A stretch of DNA of 28,706 nucleotides, taken from positions 1-28,706 of IMG/VR virus record IMGVR_UViG_3300001866_000033; one strand, given 5' to 3'. Shown here one piece after another: positions 8,283-18,100 of this stretch. Origin of the DNA: a virus (taxonomy: Duplodnaviria; Caudoviricetes). The position numbers and the translations under genes are program-made. Each line of letters begins with the position of its first letter. Within the stretch, counting starts at the first letter, position 1. The notes beneath the pieces are model-generated. The model was not told the DNA's origin. It made no database searches and saw only the letters and a list, made by a program, of their open reading frames with translations.

Positions 8283-9422
8283 ATGGCGCATGAGAATACG
8301 TGGTCGAGTTTGGAAGATGGTCAGCCTACCGGCGCAAACTTGCTGGGGCAGGTAGATGATTTTATTCGGCAGACTCGGCAGATGGTCCGAGAGAGGATTA
8401 CACTTGAGCACGATTTCAACTTCCTGATCAATGACCAGCAGGGCTATCATCGGCAAGGTTCAGCAAGAGTCTGGGTTTCAGATACTCAACCTACAAGCCC
8501 AATTCCTGATCCTACGGGCACAGAAACTGCGGGGTCTGAGACTATCGGGCGATGCTGGTTCAAGCCGTCAACAGGAGAATATTTTGTCTACGACAAGACG
8601 TCTGCAAGCTGGATTCCAGTGAATCTCACGACTTTGCAGATGGCTGCGCTGCTCCACGCAATGACTGCGAAAGCTTCGCTTGACGATAATGATGAATTCG
8701 CGCTCGCGGACAGCGCAGCAACCTATGGACCTAAGAAAACTCTCTGGTCGACCGTCAAGTCGGTCATCAAGACCGCCTTGTCGATTGGGGGTTCGAACGC
8801 TCTATCTCAAGATAATATCGGTGACGGATCGAGTTACAAACGAATCAGCGCCGCAAAAGCTGACAAAATCAATGCTGGTACTTATTCTGAAGATGACCTT
8901 GCTGACGGCACGTCGTATGCACGAGTGTTAAAGGCGCTGGCTGATGCAATAAACAACGAAACGAGGTTACCTACGGCACTTGGTACATCCGATGCCAACC
9001 TTATCGGTGCGCTGTCAAAAGTCGCTAACAATAAACTCTTTGTGAACGCAGCGGGGAATGGGTTTGAGTATGCCGGTGGCATGAAGTTTATCAGTACCAC
9101 ATGGGACCTTTCGGTTGGGGGGACACAGGCTATAACAGGCATAGGGTTTAAGCCATCATGGGGCGTTATCCTGAGTCTTGTAACGGCATCGACCAGAGTT
9201 GCTATCGGCACATTTTCTAATTCCGGTGCTTCGACTTTATACCAGATAAGCGGGGGTATATGGGGGCGCGTAGAGTACCGTATAAACGAATTATATACTG
9301 ATGTGTCAAATGAGACGGGTGCGGCTATACAAAGCCTTGATAATGATGGCCTGACATTAAACTGGTTGAAGAATGGCAGCACGACAGGTACAGCTTATAT
9401 CTATGCGCTCTTAGGGAGGTAA
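8283..9422 (+). CDS. Tail fibre / receptor-binding protein
   Basis: N-terminal anchor-like segment (GQVDDFIRQTRQMVRERITLEH), fibre-type motifs (DNDEFALADSAA..KKTLWSTVK; D.I.DG.SY.R repeats), C-terminal beta head (QAITGIGFKPS...DGLTLNW). Confidence 0.75.
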   Translation: MAHENTWSSLEDGQPTGANLLGQVDDFIRQTRQMVRERITLEHDFNFLINDQQGYHRQGSARVWVSDTQPTSPIPDPTGTETAGSETIGRCWFKPSTGEYFVYDKTSASWIPVNLTTLQMAALLHAMTAKASLDDNDEFALADSAATYGPKKTLWSTVKSVIKTALSIGGSNALSQDNIGDGSSYKRISAAKADKINAGTYSEDDLADGTSYARVLKALADAINNETRLPTALGTSDANLIGALSKVANNKLFVNAAGNGFEYAGGMKFISTTWDLSVGGTQAITGIGFKPSWGVILSLVTASTRVAIGTFSNSGASTLYQISGGIWGRVEYRINELYTDVSNETGAAIQSLDNDGLTLNWLKNGSTTGTAYIYALLGR

Positions 9423-9425
9423 AAG

Positions 9426-9821
9426 ATGAGAATCTGTATACAAAAGTCAACTGGAAAACTAATTGAAATGCAATCCGATGCCACGGAGGGCACGCTCATA
9501 CAAAATGCGGTCAATGCGGGATTTCCGCTTGATGACATTGAAGAGCGAGAAATTACTCCCGAAGAATGGGCAGACCCGAACGCTCCGTGGAATCAGCCAA
9601 GCGATGAGGCGCTGCAAGCCCAAGCAGAGGCTACAAGGCAGGCGCTCTTTGCTGAGAACGACAAGCCGCTCATGATGTACATGAGGCGTCTGTTTGCCGG
9701 AGATGAGACAGCGCGGGCAGGTTTCGAGGCGTGTAATGCTTACGCCGAAGCGCTCCGAGCAATGAACGATACGCCAGGCTGGTACAAAGACCCGCAGTGG
9801 CCGCCGAAACCGGAGATATGA
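9426..9821 (+). CDS. Probable tail fibre assembly chaperone
   Basis: 131 aa directly after the fibre; ends YAEALRAM...PQWPPKP, the WP..P ending typical of tail fibre assembly proteins. Confidence 0.65.
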   Translation: MRICIQKSTGKLIEMQSDATEGTLIQNAVNAGFPLDDIEEREITPEEWADPNAPWNQPSDEALQAQAEATRQALFAENDKPLMMYMRRLFAGDETARAGFEACNAYAEALRAMNDTPGWYKDPQWPPKPEI

Positions 9822-9833
9822 GAGGAGCTATTG

Positions 9834-10223
9834 ATGCAAGTAACATTTGATTTGGCAGCATTACTTGGGCTTGGTGTTTCAGTTCTTACTATCATTGGGT
9901 TGTTTATCGAGATTGGCCGATATCGGAAGGAGCGTGAGGAGATGATTCGCAAGCAAACACAAGATCAGGACAGAACAAACATGAAGATTGACCAGATACT
10001 TGCTATGCTGAAAGACATCAAGGAAAATATCTGCTTGTTGTATGAGGCAGATGTTCCGATGCTTGAAGGGCAGAAAGTTTCCTTGATGAAAATTGCCGAT
10101 ATGGAACTGAACGGCCAAGTTAAAAAAGCTCTTGAGAACGTTGTTGCAACCCAAGACAAATTGATGAAGCATCTGGCAACCTCATCAGTCGGTGGAACCT
10201 TCCAGCAGGAGGTCATGAAATGA
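9834..10223 (+). CDS. Membrane-anchored coiled-coil protein (holin/antiholin-like)
   Basis: Single N-terminal TM (LAALLGLGVSVLTIIGLFI) then a charged coiled coil; SD GAGGAG; first gene of the lysis-like cassette. Confidence 0.55.
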   Translation: MQVTFDLAALLGLGVSVLTIIGLFIEIGRYRKEREEMIRKQTQDQDRTNMKIDQILAMLKDIKENICLLYEADVPMLEGQKVSLMKIADMELNGQVKKALENVVATQDKLMKHLATSSVGGTFQQEVMK

Positions 10224-10639
10224 GACCTGCAGTTCAGAAGTGGTTTGCAACCATCGGCTCTGAGGGCTGCTTTGCGCTGTCCATCATTGAAGGTGGGAGG
10301 CAGGGCTGCTCAGAATGTGATGCCGTGGAGTTGCTGGATGAAGGGCAAAAGAGGGGATTCCTTGACTCGGAATTCTTGGTGTTGAAACATGCAGAGTTCA
10401 TGAGTTTGGTGGCTGGTGGTGAGTGGACCTATCAGAAACTCTCGACCCCAGAGGAAATCGCTTCCTACAAGCCTCAGCCGGGGGATGTTACTGTCGAAGA
10501 ATGGGTCTGGAAGTACCAGCATTTTATGCTGCGGAGGAACGGCCAACTTATTGATACTCTTGGAGACTCTCAGACCCGGCTTCGTGGAAAAATGGTATCG
10601 ATTCGGCTTTTCAGGAGGAAATCATGGGGAAAATCTTGA
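10220..10639 (+). CDS. Papain-like Cys-His-Asp protein (DUF261/C39-like), candidate endolysin
   Basis: GCFALS...YQHFML...IDTLG spacing suggests a Cys/His/Asp triad; sits between two membrane-protein genes; ATGA overlap and SD AGGAGG. Family resemblance is from memory. Confidence 0.5.
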   Translation: MRPAVQKWFATIGSEGCFALSIIEGGRQGCSECDAVELLDEGQKRGFLDSEFLVLKHAEFMSLVAGGEWTYQKLSTPEEIASYKPQPGDVTVEEWVWKYQHFMLRRNGQLIDTLGDSQTRLRGKMVSIRLFRRKSWGKS

Positions 10640-10806
10640 AATCACTGTTGACTGACGGTGAGTGGGACCCGGATATCACGAAAGTCTTGGGTCTGGCGCT
10701 GGTGATTGTCGGGGTTGTCGGGTGGTTTATGGGTCGAGACCCGGCATTTATCGTAGGTTTTGGCGCTGCAATGGCTGCAAGTGGGAAATTTTCTCCCCAA
10801 GGTTGA
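10624..10806 (+). CDS. Small two-TM protein, probable holin
   Basis: 60 aa with two hydrophobic segments (VLGLALVIVGVVGWFM; AFIVGFGAAMAA); SD AGGAGG just upstream. Confidence 0.6.
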   Translation: MGKILKSLLTDGEWDPDITKVLGLALVIVGVVGWFMGRDPAFIVGFGAAMAASGKFSPQG

Positions 10807-10819
10807 TGGGAGGGTAGAT

Positions 10820-11221
10820 GTGTGTGGGCGAAAGTTAAGATTTGGATTGCTGGGGTTGTTAGTGTTGTTCTGGTTGTCATCGGCTTCCTTATGGGCCGAA
10901 GAAAACCCGCCGACCATCACAATCCCGTGGACAACGTGGGTGGAAATCCGCCAGCGAGTGGACAGTCTGGCGGGGCAGATTCAGCTCTCGAACGAGCAAA
11001 TCGAGATGCTGAAGCAGCAGCACGAAGCCAGTCAGACGGAGTGGGAAAAAGCATTGAATCTCTTGAAGATCGAGGCCGAGAGCTGGAAGGAGAAGTATCA
11101 AGCCTCCGAGAAATACTGGAGCGCGCAGAGCGTGAAGCAAGAAAGGACAATAAAACTACTGGAAATATCGACGATAGCAAGTTTGACGATCCTCGTGATT
11201 AAATTGCTGGGAGGGTTTTAA
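10820..11221 (+). CDS. Exported coiled-coil protein with C-terminal hydrophobic segment (spanin-like), frame A
   Basis: From GTG 10820: basic N-terminus, hydrophobic stretch, SLWA|EE signal-peptidase-like site, long coiled coil, C-terminal hydrophobic ISTIASLTILVIKLLGGF; SD GGGAGG at ~10808-10813. Confidence 0.55.
   Translation: MCGRKLRFGLLGLLVLFWLSSASLWAEENPPTITIPWTTWVEIRQRVDSLAGQIQLSNEQIEMLKQQHEASQTEWEKALNLLKIEAESWKEKYQASEKYWSAQSVKQERTIKLLEISTIASLTILVIKLLGGF
10822..11202 (+). CDS. Membrane-anchored coiled-coil protein (i-spanin-like), frame B, nested in frame A
   Basis: From GTG 10822: TM IWIAGVVSVVLVVIGFLM followed by GRRK, a flexible linker and a heptad coiled coil (IESLEDRGRELEGEVSSLREILER); shares the same SD. 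Confidence 0.6.
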   Translation: MWAKVKIWIAGVVSVVLVVIGFLMGRRKPADHHNPVDNVGGNPPASGQSGGADSALERANRDAEAAARSQSDGVGKSIESLEDRGRELEGEVSSLREILERAEREARKDNKTTGNIDDSKFDDPRD

Positions 11222-11223
11222 CC

Positions 11224-13185
11224 GTGGCAAATGCTAGGACTTCGATGTGGCAGCCTCCTCAAACTCCAGATACTCTGGCTATCCGGCCTCTCACCAAAGG
11301 TGTCGTGACCGAAGGCTCGAGCGTTCTTGCGGAGCTTGGGTCTGCCCTGAGGGCCAGCGGCTACGAAGTCACACTCCGAGGTCTGAAGCGCCAAGGTGGA
11401 TGGACTCCTGCAATGATTATCGGTGGGAAAAGTGTTCCAGTCCCGATGGTCTTTGGGAATTCAGCTGACCGGGCCGAACGGAGACTCGGCGAGCAAGTTC
11501 AGGAGATGGTCAACCTATTCAAGGCCGACGGGAGCTCGGTTGGGATTGTCATCACCAATCGAGCACTCTACACTGTGGACCAGACTGTCGGCTACAAACC
11601 AGTCTACTGGAAGAAAGCCTACACCATCGTCTCCACAACTTCAAATACTGCGGTATTTGCGGGGAACCTCTCGACCGATCTTATCTCCGACGGCGACTAC
11701 CTCTACGATGGCTCGGAATACTATCTCATCAGCAATATTACGTATGATGCAGGAACTAACCAAACTACGATACTTGTGAATCGAAACTGGATAGTTGCTC
11801 CTACCGGTGACATCCATTTCATCAAGCCATTCACAACTCCCGCCGAAGACATCATCAGTTGGACTATCGGGCGAAACAAACTGTATTTCGTGGACGGCTA
11901 TACCCCGATGGTGTTCAAGTTCGATGGGGAATTCGTAAGCGGGTTTGTGATGCAGGATACTTCCACCCCCCCGTCAGCCATACTCTGGACGGCGAAGTCT
12001 ATCGTCAACTTCAAGGACAGACTGTTTTTCTTGAATACGGTCGAGAGTTCGCCACCAGGGCAAGTGCAACAGCGGGTGAGATGGTCGGAGGTTCTGAATT
12101 GGGAGACTTCCGCTGCTGCGAACTACCAGGATTTGGTGGCAAAGCCGGGCGTCGGCGTGAGCCTTGCAACGAATGGCGACATCATCATGGCCCTCACTGA
12201 AGATGCGCTGTATGTCGGCGAGGAAACCGGGAGTGTCGATATCCCGTATGCTTTCCGGGAAGTGCAGACCGGTGGGGCAGTTCCTACAGACCCAAGGGCT
12301 GTGACTCCGATGCCGAATGGGATGCTGTTTGTGGCTTCAGATGATGTGTACTTCTTTACGAATCCAAAGGACACTGGGCCCCAACTCACCCGAGTTGGTT
12401 CAGCGGTTGCTTCGAGTCTCCTTGACTCTGCAGTTGATCAGAGAGCAATTATTGCGAAAACTGACGTGCTCAACTCCCGAGTGATGATCCTTACTTCGAC
12501 GGCGACCGGGCAGACACTGGAGCTATGGTTCTGGAGTTATAAGCCGAATGCGTGGTCCGCGGCGGATAGCGTGGATATTCGGTCACTGTCAATCACGAAT
12601 TACACCCAGCAGATACATTTTGATGACGTGGACCCGGCGTGGACGATTGAGAACAACCCCTACGCCGAACTGCCGATTTCAGTGCTGCAAGGGCAGATTT
12701 CCCCGCTGACTGTGTATGCGTTTGATGTCTACGGAAATCTGCTGAAGTACGACCCAGAAGCCGCCCAGCACTTGTTGCCTGACGGGGGGGGTGCAATGGC
12801 AGCAAAGGCAATAGAGTCAGTGCTGGAAACACAGGATATGGACTTCGGGTTGCCGGATACTGACAAGTCGGTCATGAGTCTTGGGTTGAGGCTGATGGAT
12901 GATCCAGACTCCGCAAGGACGACAGCAGTGAAGTTTAGAGTCGAGGGTTCCACGAACCGTGGGAAAACGTGGCGGTATCTTGGAACGCTGAGAATCGACG
13001 CAGATGATGACGAGGATGCAATTACTTTCCGGATGACAGGACCAACGATTCGGTTTAGAATATCTACAGGTAGTGTGAGTTATGGAACCACGGCAGCATG
13101 TGCGCCGTGGACAATATTGGAGCTGACTTCACGGGTTCGTGCTCGTGGGGCCGAGCAGCAGCGTGGGACGCTACGGGTGAGTTAA
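11224..13185 (+). CDS. Tail nozzle / DNA stabilisation protein (P22 gp10 / tail tubular B-like)
   Basis: 653 aa, beta-propeller-like; motif FKDRLFF...VRWSEV and C-terminal ETQDMDFG.P..DK; lies before the ejection proteins. Confidence 0.75.
   Translation: MANARTSMWQPPQTPDTLAIRPLTKGVVTEGSSVLAELGSALRASGYEVTLRGLKRQGGWTPAMIIGGKSVPVPMVFGNSADRAERRLGEQVQEMVNLFKADGSSVGIVITNRALYTVDQTVGYKPVYWKKAYTIVSTTSNTAVFAGNLSTDLISDGDYLYDGSEYYLISNITYDAGTNQTTILVNRNWIVAPTGDIHFIKPFTTPAEDIISWTIGRNKLYFVDGYTPMVFKFDGEFVSGFVMQDTSTPPSAILWTAKSIVNFKDRLFFLNTVESSPPGQVQQRVRWSEVLNWETSAAANYQDLVAKPGVGVSLATNGDIIMALTEDALYVGEETGSVDIPYAFREVQTGGAVPTDPRAVTPMPNGMLFVASDDVYFFTNPKDTGPQLTRVGSAVASSLLDSAVDQRAIIAKTDVLNSRVMILTSTATGQTLELWFWSYKPNAWSAADSVDIRSLSITNYTQQIHFDDVDPAWTIENNPYAELPISVLQGQISPLTVYAFDVYGNLLKYDPEAAQHLLPDGGGAMAAKAIESVLETQDMDFGLPDTDKSVMSLGLRLMDDPDSARTTAVKFRVEGSTNRGKTWRYLGTLRIDADDDEDAITFRMTGPTIRFRISTGSVSYGTTAACAPWTILELTSRVRARGAEQQRGTLRVS
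11965..11977 (-). repeat. CTGAC-G7-T motif copy 6
   Basis: ACCCCCCCGTCAG on the + strand; antisense within the nozzle gene (TPPS). Confidence 0.95.
12779..12792 (+). repeat. CTGAC-G8-T motif copy 7
   Basis: In the nozzle gene (PDGGG). Confidence 0.95.
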
Positions 13186-13197
13186 GGAGGATATAGT

Positions 13198-15177
13198 ATG
13201 GATTTTGAATATGGAGATTTTTTTGGGGATTCTCCGGCAAATAATAGAAGGACTCCATTTGGGGGCAGACAAGGGAACTTCACGAATGATGCTTTAGATG
13301 AACAACCTGCTTACGGACCAAGACTGAACTCAAATACAGCTATTTCCCGGACTCCGCAAGAAAACTATATCTACGAGCCAGACATATCTTTCAACAATTT
13401 AGAGAGAAATCCACAGACTTATTTTCCTACAGAAACACCAAGAGAAAACCCATTTCAGCGTGATGATAGGAATTACGGAGCTCTGAGCACGAATCAACAG
13501 GGTGGTGGTGGGGGGAATGGGCTTTTGAATAATGGGATGACGCCCCAAAACATGGATTACAAGCGAATTGGGAATATCAACGATGTTCAGATGCTCAATC
13601 AGGCTGCCAATGCTGCATGGGGTCAGAATCTCAATCGGATGTTTGCAGGTATGGGGAGTCAGCTGGGGACTTACGGGAACTTGGCAAATGCGGGATATGG
13701 TGCGCTTAAAACAGCAGCAGGTAACACTGGATACTTGGCAAGAAGGTATCTGAATGCCGGGACTGGCGGATTGCAGAGTTTGATGAGCTCTGCTGGGCAG
13801 TACAACGACTTGATTTCACAAATGTTGAGCGGCCAGCAGGGTCAGGGCTTGCAGAATCTGGCGAATCAGTACGGCCAGCAGGCGAATGCGATGTATAACA
13901 ACAACTTTGGTGATGCGCTATCACAGCAGGCTGCGAAACTCGGAGCTTATGGAAACCAGCTGATGAATAATCAGCAAGGACAGGCGATTCTCAATGCCGC
14001 ACAGAATATCGGTCAGCAGGGAAATTCACTTCTTGGACAGGGTGCAGTACAGGCCGGAATGTATGGGCAAAATGCGGGGAATATCTACAGTGCGCTTGGG
14101 AATACAGGTAATATAAACAACTTCGTAAATCAGATGACAGGTAGCCAAGGATTGTACAATACTGCGCTCCAAGCGACGAAGAATTTGTCGCCAGAAGCTG
14201 CGGCCAATAGCTACTTGAGCCAGCAGCAAGGAATTGCGCAACTGGCGAATCAGCAGGCAGATCAGGCTCTCTCGGGGGTTTACCAATCCACACGTCAGCA
14301 AGCGACTGCGGCAGCTGATGAAGCTCGGCGGCAGGCTGCCGGGCAACTGGCGAATGCAGGGCTTCTCAATACCGGTGCAGCAGTGAAATCGATGACTGAA
14401 GCCACAGCGAACCCAATTCTCAATGCCGAGACACAGCTTGCGAATACTCGAGCCAACTACCTCGCCGCACAGCAGCAAGCAATGGGGAATGCAGTAGGGA
14501 GTCTTACAGGAGCCGGGTATTCCAATGCCAATAACGCACTGCTTAATTCGGCGCAACTTGGGTTGTCGGGGATGGGCCAACAGGCTTCGCAACTTGGAGC
14601 TGCAGGTGCAGGTATGGCGCAGTTGGCGCAGAATGGTCTCAATCAGCAGAATATTGGAGCCAATCTGCTTAACCAGCAGTTGAGTGGACTTACTTCAGGA
14701 GTCGGTGCAAATCAGGCTGGGCAGCAACTTGGAGCTAACTTACTCAATATGCAGCAGGCAGGACTCAATAATGCTGGACAACTCAACATGCAGGGTCGGC
14801 AACTTGGGACTCAACTATCCGCACTCCAGCAAGCTGCGTATAACAATGCTGTGAATGCGGGGCTGCAGGGCCAGCAGCTTGGGATGAATTTCGCCGGTCA
14901 GCAGCAGCAACTTGGGCTTAACGCAGGGAATGCACTCGCAGGCTACGGCACACAGATGCAGAATATGTATCTCAACGGACTCGGGAATGCTGCACAAGGC
15001 TACGGAAATCTGGCGAATTTGTACGGCGGGCTGTACGGAAATGCCGCAGGTCTCGGTACTCAGTTCAACGACGCAGCCTACTACACCCCGACCTATGCAA
15101 GAACCCCGGGCTTCCTTGAACAGCTCGGCGGTGCAGTTGGTGCAATAGCCCCGATAGCAGCTGCGGCGATTATATAA
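13198..15177 (+). CDS. Internal virion / DNA ejection (pilot-like) protein, Gln/Asn/Gly/Ala-rich
   Basis: 659 aa, nearly uncharged helical repeats, hydrophobic C-terminus (PGFLEQLGGAVGAIAPIAAAAII); SD AAGGAGG; position after nozzle. Confidence 0.65.
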   Translation: MDFEYGDFFGDSPANNRRTPFGGRQGNFTNDALDEQPAYGPRLNSNTAISRTPQENYIYEPDISFNNLERNPQTYFPTETPRENPFQRDDRNYGALSTNQQGGGGGNGLLNNGMTPQNMDYKRIGNINDVQMLNQAANAAWGQNLNRMFAGMGSQLGTYGNLANAGYGALKTAAGNTGYLARRYLNAGTGGLQSLMSSAGQYNDLISQMLSGQQGQGLQNLANQYGQQANAMYNNNFGDALSQQAAKLGAYGNQLMNNQQGQAILNAAQNIGQQGNSLLGQGAVQAGMYGQNAGNIYSALGNTGNINNFVNQMTGSQGLYNTALQATKNLSPEAAANSYLSQQQGIAQLANQQADQALSGVYQSTRQQATAAADEARRQAAGQLANAGLLNTGAAVKSMTEATANPILNAETQLANTRANYLAAQQQAMGNAVGSLTGAGYSNANNALLNSAQLGLSGMGQQASQLGAAGAGMAQLAQNGLNQQNIGANLLNQQLSGLTSGVGANQAGQQLGANLLNMQQAGLNNAGQLNMQGRQLGTQLSALQQAAYNNAVNAGLQGQQLGMNFAGQQQQLGLNAGNALAGYGTQMQNMYLNGLGNAAQGYGNLANLYGGLYGNAAGLGTQFNDAAYYTPTYARTPGFLEQLGGAVGAIAPIAAAAII

Positions 15178-15191
15178 TAAGGAGGGATTAA

Positions 15192-18100
15192 ATGCCCACG
15201 GTATTAAAAGCGAACGTCGTCGACCAGCAGGATAACACTCCACAGTTCCTCGCAGCCATCGGGAAGAATATTGGCGACGTGATGGTCGCTGCCAAAAACT
15301 CAGCAAATAATCGAAGATTGTACGCAGCCCAAGCTGCTGCTGAGCAGCTTAACTCTCTCAAAACTATCTTCGACGTCTACGGCCAAGAGGGGTACTCTCC
15401 TGCAATGGTTCTTGAGAATGGGTTTGCAACACCTGTTTTGAAGGGCCTTCTCAAAAATTTGGATGTAGCAAGTGGGCTCCCCAATCGCCCCGATTCCTAC
15501 TACGAGGATGCTACCAACAAGATGATGCTGGACGCTCAAAGTTCTGTCTCCACTGCCAGCCAGATGAATTGGGTACTCCACAACCAAGGAAAAACAGGCA
15601 GCGAAGCTTCTTCTGTGCAACCAACTCAACCTACCTCTTCCACGGAGTCGCAAACTACCGACAAAAAGACTGAGAGTCCCCCTCAGCCAGGCCCTGGAGG
15701 TGGAGGCGGCCAGGGTGGAGGAGGCAGTGGAGGAGTTTGGAAAGGTAGAGGTGGTGGATACGATCCGGAGAGTGGGAATGATGGGAGTGGTAGGTACGGT
15801 AATGGTACAGAATATGAGCATTCCCATTCTAGCTACGGAAATCCTTCTTCCTCAGACTCAAAGGCAAGCAGCTCAACTGCGGAGTCTTCTAGTGCTGGGG
15901 AGGTTGTCTATCCACATGAATATGAAAGAACACGTCCTTGGGAGACAGCAGGAGGAAATCCCCCGCAGGCTTTCCCTCAGCCCCAGACTGCTCCGCAAAC
16001 TGTTCTACCGGGAGTTACTCCTACAGGTGCATCCCCAACTCCACAACCTGAGTCGAACCGACCTCCTTCACCGAACTACCCATTCATGCCGTCAACATTC
16101 GGGCAGCAGGATGCCTTTGCCCAAAATCCCCCACAACAGCAGGCTCCTTATATTCCTCCTGAAATTGTCGCACGGATGCGAGCTCAGGACGAAGCCCAAC
16201 AGCAATATTACACCCAAAATCCTCCTCAACCCATGCCATTCACACAGGACCGACCTTGGGATACAGCTGTCCAGAATTTCCAGTACGAGTTCCCCAGGGA
16301 TCGACCCCAGGATGTAGCTGCTCAGAATTTCCATCCACCTGCGCAAGTTCCCGCACAAGCTCCTGTGCAAGCACCCGTGCAAGCTCCGTCGGCAGCTGCT
16401 GCTCAGCCTACGGCGGCTACTCCAGCTCAGCAGCCACAGCCACAGGTTCTAGCTGGGAGCCCCACTTCCCCGGCGAGCAGCATTTATAGTGGCGTCAAAA
16501 TGCCAGCTAATTACCGAAAGACTCCTTCAACTCCTCCTGCTTCGAGTGTAGCACCTCCTTCGGGCGCAACCAAGCCTCCCCCTGCTCTCGCAAATCCCTC
16601 AGATACAGGTCAAGTAACCTACGTAAAGCTGGCTCCAATGACCCAGCAGGAAGTAGAGGCTGCCCGAGCAAATTGGGCTACCAAAGCACAGACTCTGATG
16701 CAAAAAGATAAAAATAGTGGGGTTCAACTTGATCCTTGGCAACGAAGAGCACAAATGGAGAAAGCTGGATCTGGTGGGAATGCAGGTGGTGGGGGTGGTC
16801 AGAAGCCTGCTGTTCCACTTTCGGCAAAAGATGTTTTCGTGTATGCGACACGACCTGGTTCTGACCCGTGGGATAGTGGGAATATTGCAATTGACCTCTC
16901 CACAGGAGAATCGGACCCAAAGGCTTTGGCTTTTGGGAAAAATGGTGTCGCATGGGTTACTGCGCCTGGAACTAGCTTTCAGCAGCTCCAAGGCCAGTCG
17001 GTAGCTGGATTTCAGTTTGGATATGACCCGGATATGAGGTACTTTGTTAAGAGTATTACTTCAAAACCGGACGTTACCCTAGCTCTGATGAAAGCTGGGT
17101 ATCTTATCCCTCTGACTACTGCTGATGATGTTGTGCAGTATTACAAAGCTCGAGGTTTTGCACTCTCCCCGACTGATGAGTCGAATATTCGTTCTCGAGC
17201 TGAAAAGGCTATTGGTGCTGCAAAAGGCACTCTCGATGTGCCCCTCTGGGAAATTCCTGAACCCCTGATTCCTGATTACTGGAAATCCCAAAGTCAGGCT
17301 CCTCTCGAAAACCAAGATGCTCAGTATGCAGAGTGGGCAGCAAATCTCAAGGCGAGAGCATCACAGCCGATTGCTGATACTGTGGTGATGCCGGATACCG
17401 GACCACGAAATAATGGTCTCTTCCCGGAAATTCAAGATATTAGCTCAGCTCCTGCAACCCAACCTCCTGCAACTCAGCCCGCTCAAACTTCTACTCCAGC
17501 TCCCACAGCTCCAGCGAGTAAGACTACTATTCCTCCAAGTGTGCAGGAAGCAGCAGCAAAAGCAGCCAAACCTCCCTCAGCAAATACTGCCACCGGGGCA
17601 TCTTCGATTGCTTCTGGGGAGGTTCCTCCTTCGAAGCCTGGGGAAGCTGCTGTAGCTACAATGACGCTCCGAGATGTTGCAAAAGCAGAGACTGCGATTC
17701 AAGGCTTTTTCACGGGCAAAGATTCTCGGAGAGCTGAGGAAATCAAGCGGCTCCAAGTCAGCAGAAACGCCAATCCTCCTCCTGTCCCTCAGAGCCAGAA
17801 TATCTTCCAACAAGCTATTGATACTCTGAATAAATTCATCCAAAGCCCGCAGACTGAACTGACCGCACTCGATAAGGCCAAGATTGACCGGGCAGCTATC
17901 GTTGCCAATAGTTGGACCAATGCTGTTTGGAATCAACTTAGTCCCGCTGAGCGCATTGACCTCGTGAAGAAGGCCAACACTTTCTTCGACAACATGAGTT
18001 CCACGCAAGCCGAGATGCTCTACGGCCACAATGCTGCCACTACCGTGAACACCGAGAGTGAGATTCTGTTGAACCTTGTCCGGGCACAGCTCGAAGGTGA

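Noticed and set aside
8283-9821. Diversity-generating retroelement or invertible cassette at the tail fibre
   Set aside because: No reverse transcriptase or invertase gene, and no template/variable repeat pair was seen in the window.
10760-10819. Upstream TTG start given by the ORF track for the 153 aa ORF
   Set aside because: It lacks an SD and overlaps the holin. GTG 10820 has an SD and places the signal peptide at the N-terminus.
15700-16317. 205 aa alternative-frame ORF inside the 1112 aa gene
   Set aside because: It can be explained by stop-poor Gly/Pro/Gln codons in the main frame, and the product has no coherent features, unlike the overlaps at 3775 and 10820.
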